A stretch of DNA of 64,000 bases from a virus. This document shows positions 43,181 through 52,685 of the stretch, one piece after another. The stretch is from IMG/VR virus record IMGVR_UViG_3300045988_078288; one strand, given 5' to 3'. Within the stretch, counting starts at the first letter, position 1. Each line of letters opens with the position of its first letter. A program made the translations under genes and the position numbers. The notes under the pieces were generated by a model. That model ran no database searches. It saw nothing but the letters and a program-made list of their open reading frames with translations, and was not told where the DNA came from.

Positions 43181-43593
43181 TTAGATTTTGTTATTTAAAT
43201 AATCGGAGAGGCTAATCTTCTTGCCAACAAGACTGCCCTCCTTCTCCTTCTTCTTTACCCAGTTATCCCAAAGGTCGTCCATCTCCTTTGCGGTGTGCTT
43301 GACACTACCGTCGGGGTTGCGCTTCTTGTCTTTCTTGTACACAATAATGGGCTGGTCTGCAACCATGAGGTCTATCTGTACCGAAGTGTAGCCCCACCAG
43401 TAGTCGTATGCCTTGATGCCGTAGCGCGTGGCAAAGAGGAACGGGAACTTTTCGGCTAACGAGAAGGCTGCTCCCCAGCTTGTCCTGCTCGGGTAGCTTT
43501 CACTTCTTTCTTCGTCATCGTCATCGCCAGATCCGTCATCCCTGTCGCTAATATGGTAGTCAGCGAGCACACTACCAATGGTACTTTTTTTTT
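43181..43593 (-). CDS. -1 frame extension of the tail assembly chaperone (T-like part of a G/GT pair)
   Basis: The ORF is open in the -1 frame from the A9 run down to 43181. A -1-frame TAA lies immediately 5' of the run. Confidence 0.6.
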
Positions 43594-43911
43594 AGCTGCG
43601 TCAACGACCCTCAGAACCTCGATTGCATCCAAGTCCTTGATGTAGTACAGCCAACGCCAGTAAGCCCAGTAGAAGAAGCGTAGCTTCCAAAAATTATTAA
43701 GAAGAACGATGGCGCACAGCTTTACGCCGCGCTTCCACTCGTCTTTCTCATTCGCTGTGACGTGCGAAAACTTTCTTATCGCACCTCGTTTAAGCCAACC
43801 GATTTTGCGCTTCCTGCCCATAAAGACAACCGCTTCGGGTTCCGCCTCCAATACGCTGTCAAGAGCTTTCTGCAACTCGTCGCTGGGTTGTTCTATCTTC
43901 TTTTCTTCCAT
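43456..43911 (-). CDS. tail assembly chaperone (G-like)
   Basis: 151 aa, between the tail tube gene and the tape measure. Contains the slippery site. Confidence 0.7.
   Translation of the reverse strand: MEEKKIEQPSDELQKALDSVLEAEPEAVVFMGRKRKIGWLKRGAIRKFSHVTANEKDEWKRGVKLCAIVLLNNFWKLRFFYWAYWRWLYYIKDLDAIEVLRVVDAAKKKVPLVVCSLTTILATGMTDLAMTMTKKEVKATRAGQAGEQPSR
43585..43593 (-). other. slippery run for programmed -1 ribosomal frameshifting
   Basis: The minus strand reads GCT AAA AAA AAA GTA in the zero frame (A AAA AAA heptamer). After a -1 slip the frame reads AAA AAG TAC... and stays open for about 130 codons. Confidence 0.6.
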
Positions 43912-43937
43912 ACCGTTTTTCTTGATGTTAAGTCTTG

Positions 43938-43990
43938 TAAAAACAAAAGCGGAAAACCGCGACCCTTGATAAGTCCGCCGCTTTCCGCTT
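43938..43990 (-). terminator. terminator/attenuator after the tail tube gene
   Basis: On the minus strand, an AAGCGGAAA ... TTTCCGCTT stem followed by TTGTTTTT. Confidence 0.5.
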
Positions 43991-44021
43991 CATATTCGAT
44001 TGCGTTACGCCGCTTTTTACT

Positions 44022-44609
44022 TTAAGCAGCTGCTGCCTTTGTAAGCCAAGCGATGCTCTTCTTGCCAGCACCCTCGATAGAACCCGAGAACTTGAACGCA
44101 ACAGGCTTTGTGCCTGTTTCATCCCACTGCAAGGTAGCGTAGAGGGCGATGTTGGTGATGACCATGACGTTTGTCTTGGTATCGTCAACGATTGCGATTG
44201 TGCCCTGAATTTTGAACTTCTTAAGCTCAAGAGCAACGCCGGTAAAGCCTGTTGTCGCGTCGAGCTCGGTGTCGCCGGTCTTCAAAGTGACCTTTGTAAG
44301 TTCGCTCACCGCATCGTTGCCAAACATCGCAGCGAGCAGATCCTTTGCCTTTGACGGAACAACGAACTCAACGTTGAAGTCGCCAAGCTCGGAGGTTGTC
44401 GCCCAGTCGCCTGCAAGACCGATAACCTTGTAGTGGTTGATGGTTGGGTCTTCCATTGTCGCCTTCAGTGAGTCAACCTCAACAGGCAGTTCGAGGTCTG
44501 CTGTAATGTCGATAGTAGCCTTGCTGAGGTCTGTGATTGCCTTAGCGTACAAAAGTGTCTTAGGGCCTACAAAGAGGTCCTTCAACTCTTCGATTTTCTT
44601 CATTGCCAT
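44022..44609 (-). CDS. major tail (tube) protein
   Basis: 195 aa, beta-rich. Sits directly upstream of the chaperones and is followed by a hairpin. Confidence 0.7.
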   Translation of the reverse strand: MAMKKIEELKDLFVGPKTLLYAKAITDLSKATIDITADLELPVEVDSLKATMEDPTINHYKVIGLAGDWATTSELGDFNVEFVVPSKAKDLLAAMFGNDAVSELTKVTLKTGDTELDATTGFTGVALELKKFKIQGTIAIVDDTKTNVMVITNIALYATLQWDETGTKPVAFKFSGSIEGAGKKSIAWLTKAAAA

Positions 44610-44647
44610 AATTCAAAACTTTTTTAGTTAAACCTTAATTTTTGCGT

Positions 44648-45055
44648 TTATTTGGTTCTTAACGAGCCCTGTATTATCGTTACCGAAAAACCGTCGCCGT
44701 CGTCCGTTTGCAGAGTGACACGCGGCTTGGTTACGATGATGTTGTCTGTTGAGATTGGAAACTTTGTCATTACCGCACTGACCTTCTCGGATACCGCAGA
44801 CACGTTCAACGTATTGGGGTTCCTGGCGGATGTCTTGTCACGGACATATATCTCTATCTGCGCGGTAGTCGTATAATCGTTGAAACTGCCGTCGTCGTTC
44901 ATCTCATTGTTGTAGATGCTCGACGGGAAAGACACAACGATATAGCTGTCGGGCCTGTCGCAGACAGACTTCGGACGGTTTCTTGGATAAACCTTGTCAC
45001 AGATGCCTTTTACGGCATTGCCAACATCGTAGTATAGTGTCTTTATGCTTATCAT
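44648..45055 (-). CDS. tail completion / tail terminator protein (by position)
   Basis: 135 aa. Confidence 0.55.
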   Translation of the reverse strand: MISIKTLYYDVGNAVKGICDKVYPRNRPKSVCDRPDSYIVVSFPSSIYNNEMNDDGSFNDYTTTAQIEIYVRDKTSARNPNTLNVSAVSEKVSAVMTKFPISTDNIIVTKPRVTLQTDDGDGFSVTIIQGSLRTK

Positions 45056-45609
45056 ATAGTTACTATCGTTCCTTCAAATATACCTGGTATTTCATCAGTT
45101 AGTCCAGTAAGAACATCGTGGTTGCGCTTGTTCTGGACATATTTTGCATATTCCATCGCAACGACAGCAATCAACGCATATGTAGCTTTTGGCTTTCTTG
45201 CTTTAAGACTTCGCCGTGCAACACTAATTCCATCCTTTCCTCCGCCTCCATATTCACCAGTGAAAGGTCTTGATACCGTCTTCCCATCTGGCATAACGTG
45301 TATTACAGGTTCTCCTGTATAGTAGGCGGATAAGTTGTACTTTTCACCTTTTGCAAGTGACCTGCGGGTTGGCGGTTCAAGACCGACATTTGTTGCGTCT
45401 GCGATGCTAACAAGTTTACTACGATGATATACGCCTACAGCGAATGAGTTCAACAAGTTACCAGTTACGTCATAGTAGTTTTTTGTGCCAGCATAGCGCT
45501 GAACCATCTCAATGGCGACCAAGTTCAACTTGTCAAGTATCGCTTCCGTCGTTTTCTTTCCTATAACATTCTTCGCCTTAATGGCAAATTGTTCCGCCAA
45601 GCTTCCCAT
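45052..45609 (-). CDS. HK97 gp10-like head-tail joining (neck) protein
   Basis: 185 aa. The TGNLLNSF segment is typical of the gp10 family. Position in the module agrees. Confidence 0.6.
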   Translation of the reverse strand: MGSLAEQFAIKAKNVIGKKTTEAILDKLNLVAIEMVQRYAGTKNYYDVTGNLLNSFAVGVYHRSKLVSIADATNVGLEPPTRRSLAKGEKYNLSAYYTGEPVIHVMPDGKTVSRPFTGEYGGGGKDGISVARRSLKARKPKATYALIAVVAMEYAKYVQNKRNHDVLTGLTDEIPGIFEGTIVTI

Positions 45610-45612
45610 ACG

Positions 45613-45990
45613 CTAAACCCTTGTAAAGTCCCAATAAACAACAGTTCTATTATTGTCAGGCTCGCAGTCCTTCACCATTCCGACCTCGGTGTTGTTGCCG
45701 ACCGTTGCGTAAATCATGTCACCATCAAGAGGACATCTGCCGGCATCCCATTCGTCATATCTGACAGGAATTGATACCTTCCTCTTGTTCTCGTCGACAT
45801 TCTTACCGCCCTCGGTAGTCGTATCGGTATAGCTGCGGCCCTCGCCTTCGTAGATAACAATCTCTGTGTCATCGCCAACCTTTGCGTCATCATCAGCAAA
45901 CGGATCGTTCTCGTCCGCCTTGCCGACAAGCACCCTAACGATTTTTATCGTGTGAGGGTATCTCGGGTTTCTGATATTTGCCTTTCTCAT
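45613..45990 (-). CDS. head closure / head-tail adaptor protein (by position)
   Basis: 125 aa. Confidence 0.55.
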   Translation of the reverse strand: MRKANIRNPRYPHTIKIVRVLVGKADENDPFADDDAKVGDDTEIVIYEGEGRSYTDTTTEGGKNVDENKRKVSIPVRYDEWDAGRCPLDGDMIYATVGNNTEVGMVKDCEPDNNRTVVYWDFTRV

Positions 45991-45996
45991 ACATCC

Positions 45997-46425
45997 TTAT
46001 TTTATAATGTGAGGAAGCGGGCATCCGAACGCCGAAATGTCGGCACGTTTCACGCCATGAGAGGTTATTCTAAACGACGATTTCTTCTTTAACATCGAAC
46101 CTGGCTCAAGCTCCGCATAGATTGCGTTGGCTTCCGCCTTGAGTTCCGCACGGTCACGCTCCGACATTTCAAAACCGCCTTCCGTATGACTCCATCCGTT
46201 ATCGGAGTCGGAAGTGTTGTTCATCTTACTCGGGCCGAGAACAAGCCATTTTAGAATATCGGCATAGGCAAGGCGAACGTCATCACGGTTAGCGTCAGCA
46301 TACGCCATGCTCCCGTCCAACGCCCTTTCAATGAGGATTGTATGCACTGTGTCGTCGGGTATATTGAAACGCACCTTGCTGAACAGAGCATCCTCCAATG
46401 TATATATATTATTGCCTTTCTTCAT
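45997..46425 (-). CDS. head-tail connector protein (by position)
   Basis: 142 aa. Confidence 0.55.
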   Translation of the reverse strand: MKKGNNIYTLEDALFSKVRFNIPDDTVHTILIERALDGSMAYADANRDDVRLAYADILKWLVLGPSKMNNTSDSDNGWSHTEGGFEMSERDRAELKAEANAIYAELEPGSMLKKKSSFRITSHGVKRADISAFGCPLPHIIK

Positions 46426-46519
46426 GCGCTAATTCGATTCGAGTTAAATCAGAGATTGTTTACGCTATCCGTCCAAATGCAGCCGATTGCAGCTACAGGA
46501 GGACGGATAGCTTTTGTGT

Positions 46520-47710
46520 CTAGGCAGCTACGCCTTCGCCCTTCTTGGTGATGTCGATAATCCAACGGTACGGGAAGTCGAGCATCGCCGGTACTGCGGC
46601 AAACATGAGGTCGGTATGCCACTCCATGTAGTCGCCGTTGGCGATTGTAGAGTTGCAGAGCAGGCCGAGACCCTTGTTTGTCTGCGCGAACACCTTCTGA
46701 ACGATATTGTTTCCGTACTTCTCGAACATCGGCTTGTCAGCAACCTGCTTGCGCTCGTACTCGAAAGCATTACCGGCAGGACGGAGAACAACGATGTTGT
46801 CATCCCAGCCCTTAACCTTGACAACCGAGCCGTCGAACTTGAGGTTGCGCTCCTCCTCGTCAATAATCTCGATGCGTGAGATACCCTGGATGTCGGCGAA
46901 CGCCTTGAGGAACATCTCTGTGTTCACGCCGTAATCCTCAACATAAGCAACGTAGTGGGCCTTGCACCAGTTGATGTACAGCTCCTTAATCTGCTTGTTG
47001 CCAAGGAAGGTGTTGTAGAAGGTGTCGTAGGTCATCTGCCATACGAGGGCAAGGCGGTTCTGACCGAACTCCTTGCGCCACTCGCTCTCAATCTTGCGCA
47101 TCTGTTCGAGGATGTTGCAGTCAACGTTAGCCCATTCGAGCTTGCCGCACTTTCTGAAATTCTCCTTTGGAATTGGCACCTTGTGAAGCGGAATCTGAAT
47201 ACCGCGGGCGATGCCTGTATAGTCAAGTTCGCCGGTTGTAGCCAGCTTTGCCACCATGTAGTTCATGGTCATGTCGAGAGAGTCCATCAACTCCTGGGTG
47301 TCATTGCGCCACTGCTTTACGAGGTCACTGTCGTTACCAAACTCCTCAAACTGCTTCTCGCGGTAGTTGCGCTCCTCTGCGGTTTCCTTGAAGCCGTCGG
47401 TAATGAAGTCGGGAATAGTGGCAGAATAAACTGCCAATGCGCCCTTGTCCTTCTGGAACGAACCTGCGAGCGGAGCACGGAGGTTGGCGAGCGTTGCAGC
47501 GTGCAAAGCGGATGCCTCCACTGAGAATGTAGCCACGCCCTTATGGTTGGTAGGCGTGAGGTCGGGCGCGATAGTACCCTGTGTGAGATACCAGCCGTAG
47601 TTTACATGGAAGATGTCCTTCTTGTCGATAAACTTCTGCAAGTATCTTGTATTCTCTGGGTCGCTGAAGAAACGCGCCTTTCGGGAATTATTAAAATCAA
47701 ACTTTGGCAT
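46520..47710 (-). CDS. major capsid protein
   Basis: 396 aa, downstream of the scaffold and auxiliary head genes and upstream of the connectors. Codon usage suggests high expression, and a hairpin-bearing spacer follows. Confidence 0.8.
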   Translation of the reverse strand: MPKFDFNNSRKARFFSDPENTRYLQKFIDKKDIFHVNYGWYLTQGTIAPDLTPTNHKGVATFSVEASALHAATLANLRAPLAGSFQKDKGALAVYSATIPDFITDGFKETAEERNYREKQFEEFGNDSDLVKQWRNDTQELMDSLDMTMNYMVAKLATTGELDYTGIARGIQIPLHKVPIPKENFRKCGKLEWANVDCNILEQMRKIESEWRKEFGQNRLALVWQMTYDTFYNTFLGNKQIKELYINWCKAHYVAYVEDYGVNTEMFLKAFADIQGISRIEIIDEEERNLKFDGSVVKVKGWDDNIVVLRPAGNAFEYERKQVADKPMFEKYGNNIVQKVFAQTNKGLGLLCNSTIANGDYMEWHTDLMFAAVPAMLDFPYRWIIDITKKGEGVAA

Positions 47711-47743
47711 ATCTTTTCGTTTTTGTGTTGTATGTTTTTCCGA

Positions 47744-48514
47744 TTAGTTCTCTGCGTACCACCACTCTGCGTAGCGGCTCTTGTTCATCGCCTCTACAGC
47801 TGGCGGAATTGGGCTCATGCGTGACTTCCACATAACCACGTCAGTTCCGAGCAGACAGAAGTCATTGAGGTAGCGCGGAGCATAGAACTTGTCACTGCCA
47901 GCCAATGCGTGGAACGGCATGTCAACGTCGCATGGAGCAAAGCAGTTCGGGTTAGTAACCATAGCGGAAACAGTTGCGCCTGCCTTTTCCGCCTCCACGA
48001 GAACCGTACCGACGGTAAGGGAGCCGAGAGTTTCTGCGAGTGTAACCTTCCAAACATCCTTGCCGTCATGCACGTCATTTTCAACCGCAGTAACGAGCAC
48101 ACCCTTACCCTTTGTCTTGAAGTCCTTCGGGCCAACCATGAGATTGTCACCCACAAACGGAATGTGGTGATAGCCGTCGCGTGTGATGTAGATGGCTGTA
48201 TCCGTAGCAGCAGTGGTAGCCTTAGCCACCTCATAGCTCTTGAGCACCTTGATTGTGCCGCCGCTGTTGTCCGCAAAACCGAGGCTGTGCTCGATGAGGT
48301 CGCCGGCATAAATCTTGGCTGGGCCAGGGAACGGGTTTTTCAGGACACCGCCAATCGGAGGGCGACGGAACGCTTCCTTAACGGCGCCAGGCAGGTCAAC
48401 AAACACATGACGCTGACCGCCGATAGTCATTTCTGACTGCAAGATTACAGCGCCAGTAGCATTGACTGCACCCTGCGCCATCATCTGTCCGTAGTAATCC
48501 TTGTTGTTATCCAT
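47744..48514 (-). CDS. auxiliary head protein (decoration-like, by position)
   Basis: 256 aa, between the scaffold and the major capsid gene. Confidence 0.55.
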   Translation of the reverse strand: MDNNKDYYGQMMAQGAVNATGAVILQSEMTIGGQRHVFVDLPGAVKEAFRRPPIGGVLKNPFPGPAKIYAGDLIEHSLGFADNSGGTIKVLKSYEVAKATTAATDTAIYITRDGYHHIPFVGDNLMVGPKDFKTKGKGVLVTAVENDVHDGKDVWKVTLAETLGSLTVGTVLVEAEKAGATVSAMVTNPNCFAPCDVDMPFHALAGSDKFYAPRYLNDFCLLGTDVVMWKSRMSPIPPAVEAMNKSRYAEWWYAEN

Positions 48515-48541
48515 AACTTTTTACCTTAAAAATTAAAATGT

Positions 48542-49207
48542 TTACTTTTCTTTCGGTTCGATGATGTCATCCCACTCGTCGTCACGGATTGTCTTGCCGC
48601 CGCCAGAAGAAGAGCCGCTGCCCTTGTGCGGTATAGCAGTGTTGCCTGTAGCACGCTTGAAGTCGGTAGTGTAAATACCCTCTGCCTTTGAAACCAGGTC
48701 GATTACATCGGCATCATGGTCGGGAATTTCAAGTTTGGAGATTGCAGTGTCAAGAAAGAAATCGTTAAGTTCGAGCTTTGCCTTGTCAAACTTATCCTTC
48801 AAGCCCTTTCTGACCGCTTCGATTGTAGCGGCTCTTGATGCCTTCTTGTCGCGCTCCTCATTTGCCTTTTCGAGGGCTTCGAGCTTTGCGAGCAGCTTGT
48901 CGTACTTGTCGTCGGGCTTGTCCTCCTCGCTCTTCTTTCCATTGCGCTCCTCCTCTTCCTTCTTCTTGCGTTCGGCTTCCTCTCTGCTTTTCTTAATCTC
49001 GTCAGAGACATTCTTGTGCAGATTGCCGTCCATGCGCTTGAGTCGGTTTGCTACCTTGGTAACTGTCTTGGCGTTCGCAGCCTCGTCGTCACCAAATTCA
49101 TCCAGTACGTCATTAAGTTCTTCGTTAATGGTTTTCTGGCTAAGTGCTTTGAACTTGGTGGTATCAACCTCCTTGTTCACCAATGAAAGCAGTTCTTCTA
49201 CTGTCAT
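48542..49207 (-). CDS. head scaffolding protein
   Basis: 221 aa, highly charged Lys/Glu/Asp coiled coil. First gene of the late operon. Confidence 0.7.
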   Translation of the reverse strand: MTVEELLSLVNKEVDTTKFKALSQKTINEELNDVLDEFGDDEAANAKTVTKVANRLKRMDGNLHKNVSDEIKKSREEAERKKKEEEERNGKKSEEDKPDDKYDKLLAKLEALEKANEERDKKASRAATIEAVRKGLKDKFDKAKLELNDFFLDTAISKLEIPDHDADVIDLVSKAEGIYTTDFKRATGNTAIPHKGSGSSSGGGKTIRDDEWDDIIEPKEK

Positions 49208-49319
49208 ATATAAAAGTTTTAGTGTTGGTTTCCGGTAGTTCTTCTACCATTAATGTATAAATATACGTTTTTCTTTCGCAAAAATATGAATAAATATACA
49301 ATTAACCAAATATTTTCGA

Positions 49320-49327
49320 TATATTTG
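49320..49327 (+). promoter_or_regulatory. candidate -7 box for the terminase operon
   Basis: TATATTTG fits TAnnTTTG and lies 20 nt upstream of the ATG at 49348, inside the 140-bp AT-rich divergent region. Confidence 0.3.
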
Positions 49328-49347
49328 CATAAATATTTTGTATATAT

Positions 49348-50985
49348 ATGCAGAAAAGTTGTTTTTCAGGGTTGAAATTGGATAACGGAGAGCCTATTTA
49401 CACTCAAGAGTACATTCAATCACTAAGAGATAAAGACAAGAAGCATCCCGACAGGTTGAAGATTATCGCTCAACGTGGCGGACAGGAGCGTATGCTTGCC
49501 ATTGATGCTGATATTAAGATAGTCGGAGGCTCGCGAGGAGGTAGTAAGAGTTTTAGTTCTCTCATGGAGGTGTTGAAAGACATCAAGAACCCTGAGTTCC
49601 ATGCAACAATCCTGCGTAACGAGAAGGATGACCTTCAATCGCTTGTAACGGACTCGTACAAGCTCTTCTCGCAGTTCGGCACATACAACAAGTCGCAGAA
49701 TGATATGACGTGGAACTTCACCAACGGAGGCTGGCTAAAATTCTCATACTACGCAGGCTCGTACCAGGACTTCAAGACCCGCTTCCAGGGCCGTCAGTTC
49801 GCATACGTGTGCATCGACGAGGGAACCCAGTGTCCGTACAAGAAGTTCAAGTATCTGCTTACCAACAACCGTAACGCCTCGCAAATCCGCAACCGCTTCT
49901 GGATAACGTGCAACCCTGATCCTGAGTCGTGGGTGCGCAAATTCATAGACTGGTGGGTAGACGAGGATGGATACATTATCCCCGAGCGTGACGGAGTCAT
50001 ACGCTACTGCTTCATGGACGGAGATACTCCCGACTCAATCTATTGGGGAGATACGCGAGAGGAGGTTTACGAACAATGCGGAGGTATCATAGATAAGCTG
50101 TGGAAAGAAAGCTATGCCGAACTCGGATATACCAAGCTCGAAATGTTCATCAAATCCGCCACATTCATTCGTGCCGACGTATCGGAAAACATCAAACTTA
50201 TCTCTACCGACGCATCATATCTCGCCAACCTTGCACAACAGGACGAGGAGCAACGTATGCGCGACCTCGAAGCCAACTGGAACTGGAAGTCCGCAGGCGA
50301 CGACATGATAAAGATGGCAGACCTCGAAGAAATATTCGACAATGCCGTACAGGTCGGAGATGGAGTGCGGCGTGCATCCGCCGACATTGCCTTCACCGGC
50401 GGCGACAACTTTGTGATGTGGCTGTGGGAGGGATGGCACTGCAAAGACCTTGTAGTAATGCGACTCGACTCTCAAACGCTCGTGTCTGCGGTGCAGGCGA
50501 AGCTGCGTGAATGGGGAGTGGAGGAGTGCAACTTCACTTACGACTTGCAGGGTATCGGTCAGTATTTCAAAGGTTTCTTTGCCGATGCCGTACCGTTCAA
50601 CAACCAGGCAGCACCTGTCGCTATGACACACCAGGAAGAAAAGGGCATCAAGTTCCTGTACAAAGACCTTAAATCACAATGCGCCTTCCTGTTCTACAAG
50701 ATGATAAAGGAAAAACAAATCTCGATAGAGTCTTCGCTGCTTGAGCGCAAGTATTCGGGAGACGGATTTGACAAGGTGCCGCTGCGTCAGATTTTACAGA
50801 AGGAGAGAAAGATGCTGCGCCGCGACGACAACAGCGACGACAGAGGCTTCAAGCTACTGCCTAAGAAGATGGCTAAACGGTACGTAGGGCACTCGCCCGA
50901 CTTCTTCGAGTCATGGCTATATATAATGATTTTCAGCTTAACTAAAAAGAAACACAAAAAGATAAAAGGACTATGGATGCTTTGA
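49348..50985 (+). CDS. terL: terminase large subunit
   Basis: 545 aa. Walker A-like GGSRGGSKS, Walker B-like YVCIDEG, followed by the portal gene. Confidence 0.85.
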   Translation: MQKSCFSGLKLDNGEPIYTQEYIQSLRDKDKKHPDRLKIIAQRGGQERMLAIDADIKIVGGSRGGSKSFSSLMEVLKDIKNPEFHATILRNEKDDLQSLVTDSYKLFSQFGTYNKSQNDMTWNFTNGGWLKFSYYAGSYQDFKTRFQGRQFAYVCIDEGTQCPYKKFKYLLTNNRNASQIRNRFWITCNPDPESWVRKFIDWWVDEDGYIIPERDGVIRYCFMDGDTPDSIYWGDTREEVYEQCGGIIDKLWKESYAELGYTKLEMFIKSATFIRADVSENIKLISTDASYLANLAQQDEEQRMRDLEANWNWKSAGDDMIKMADLEEIFDNAVQVGDGVRRASADIAFTGGDNFVMWLWEGWHCKDLVVMRLDSQTLVSAVQAKLREWGVEECNFTYDLQGIGQYFKGFFADAVPFNNQAAPVAMTHQEEKGIKFLYKDLKSQCAFLFYKMIKEKQISIESSLLERKYSGDGFDKVPLRQILQKERKMLRRDDNSDDRGFKLLPKKMAKRYVGHSPDFFESWLYIMIFSLTKKKHKKIKGLWML

Positions 50986-52682
50986 ACAATGTAAAGGACG
51001 TGCGGGAACTGCTCGTCCGAAAGCCGTTTTACGAAGTAACCCCGAAGGGTTATATGAAACACGGAATTATAGACCGTGAGTTTTCCGAGAACGAAGACCC
51101 TTGTATGCCTGCGGATGTGCTGTACCGCAACATCAAAACACAGCAGGACTTCTTGCGCGAGTTCTATCCGTCAGGACACAGGATTTGCGACCCGCAGCAA
51201 TATCCCGACATCTGGAAGAAGAACCCGGAAACGGGACTTTGGTGCGTGCAGAAAATTCAGCGCACCGCGTTTGCCTTTCAGCAGGTTATTTACACCAAGC
51301 ACGTTCTTCATGTGACTGGCAACGATATTCAGTTCGAGCTTGCGGAGGGAACCGAAGAAGGTAGCGAAGAGAAACTACAAGAGCTGCTCACGAAATACAA
51401 GAAGGGCTGGCTCATGCACGATATGGAGATACGCTTCTTCGAGGCGGTATCTGCATACATGAAGGTTGCAGACTGTGCCATTGTAGGCTATTTCGACGGC
51501 GACGGCAAATTCGGAACGAGAACACTCTCGTTCGACCGTGGCGACACGCTGTTTCCGAGATACGACCCGCTTACCGGCGAACTGATTGCGTTTGCACGCA
51601 AGTATGTGGACTATGACGAGGAAGGAGAGGAGCGCATCGAGTGGGTTGAAGCATGGGACAAGGAAAAGTTCTACCGCTTCAAGAAAGACCTGTCGGGAGG
51701 CACTGCGAGAAATGCCTTTAGAAAGGTCGCGTCTATCTTCGGTGCGTCCGAATATGCCTGCGTCGAAGAGAAACGACACGGCTTCCCGTTCATACCTGTG
51801 TCATACGCCCGCAACGAGGACGGCCCTTGCTGGTCTGCCGTACAGCGCAATATCGAGGATTATGAGGAGGCGTTCTCGTATCTCTGCGAGAACAACAAGG
51901 CGTACGCCTTCCCGATACTCACGCTTACCGGCGAGGGGGATGAGATAGAGATAAAGGGCGATACGAACGGCGCTGCTAAGACGATTATGATTACCGACAC
52001 GGACGGCAAGGCGGAGTTCCTCAATGGCACGGACGCGTCAAACGCCTTCGCTACACAGCTCAACAAGTCTTATGACCTCATCTACGAGCTTTCGTTTACC
52101 GTGAAGCCGCCCGAACTCAAATCGGGAGACCTGCCGGGCGTTGCAATCAAGCTGCTGTATTCTCCAGCCCTCGAAGCTGCCATGAATGACGCACAGAGAT
52201 TGCAGCCGTTCCTCGACCAGTTGGTGCGTATAACTAAGTTTGGCATCGGAACGGAGAACAACTGTATGGCCTCAATGGTTGCACTGCCGGTCAATGCGTG
52301 GATTGAGAGCTATATCCATCAGAACGACACTGAGCTTATCACTAACCTGGCCACTGCGGTTCAGAACAAATTCCTCTCGAAGCAGACTGCTTCTGAGCGC
52401 AATTCCAAGTTCTCGAAGAACGACGAGTTTACTCGTATCATGCGCGAGCAGAAAGAGGAAGACCAGCAGGACTTGCTCATCGACATCCAACGCCAGGAGG
52501 CGCAGGTCGAGAACAACATCGAGCAGGAGGAAGCACTTGCAAAAATTAACAATCAGCAGCCTGGCGACGACATCAACACAGGTCGCGGCAAAAAAGGCAG
52601 ACCGAAGAGGTCTGACAAGGCATGGGACGAGAACGGCAATTATCCTGGACGCAATAACTGGGATAAGAATCTAAGAAAGTAA
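50973..52682 (+). CDS. portal protein (SPP1 gp6-like)
   Basis: 569 aa. Overlaps the terL stop and has an acidic/basic C-terminal tail. Confidence 0.8.
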   Translation: MDALNNVKDVRELLVRKPFYEVTPKGYMKHGIIDREFSENEDPCMPADVLYRNIKTQQDFLREFYPSGHRICDPQQYPDIWKKNPETGLWCVQKIQRTAFAFQQVIYTKHVLHVTGNDIQFELAEGTEEGSEEKLQELLTKYKKGWLMHDMEIRFFEAVSAYMKVADCAIVGYFDGDGKFGTRTLSFDRGDTLFPRYDPLTGELIAFARKYVDYDEEGEERIEWVEAWDKEKFYRFKKDLSGGTARNAFRKVASIFGASEYACVEEKRHGFPFIPVSYARNEDGPCWSAVQRNIEDYEEAFSYLCENNKAYAFPILTLTGEGDEIEIKGDTNGAAKTIMITDTDGKAEFLNGTDASNAFATQLNKSYDLIYELSFTVKPPELKSGDLPGVAIKLLYSPALEAAMNDAQRLQPFLDQLVRITKFGIGTENNCMASMVALPVNAWIESYIHQNDTELITNLATAVQNKFLSKQTASERNSKFSKNDEFTRIMREQKEEDQQDLLIDIQRQEAQVENNIEQEEALAKINNQQPGDDINTGRGKKGRPKRSDKAWDENGNYPGRNNWDKNLRK

Positions 52683-52685
52683 TTC

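Noticed and set aside
46514-48436. Plus-strand and alternative-frame ORFs within the capsid and auxiliary head genes (for example 46955..47524, 47909..48436, 47815..48309 and 46528..46863).
   Set aside because: They are embedded in, or antisense to, much longer and well-placed structural genes. Their composition is Arg/Ser/Val/Leu-biased, which is typical of off-frame reading of GC-balanced genes.
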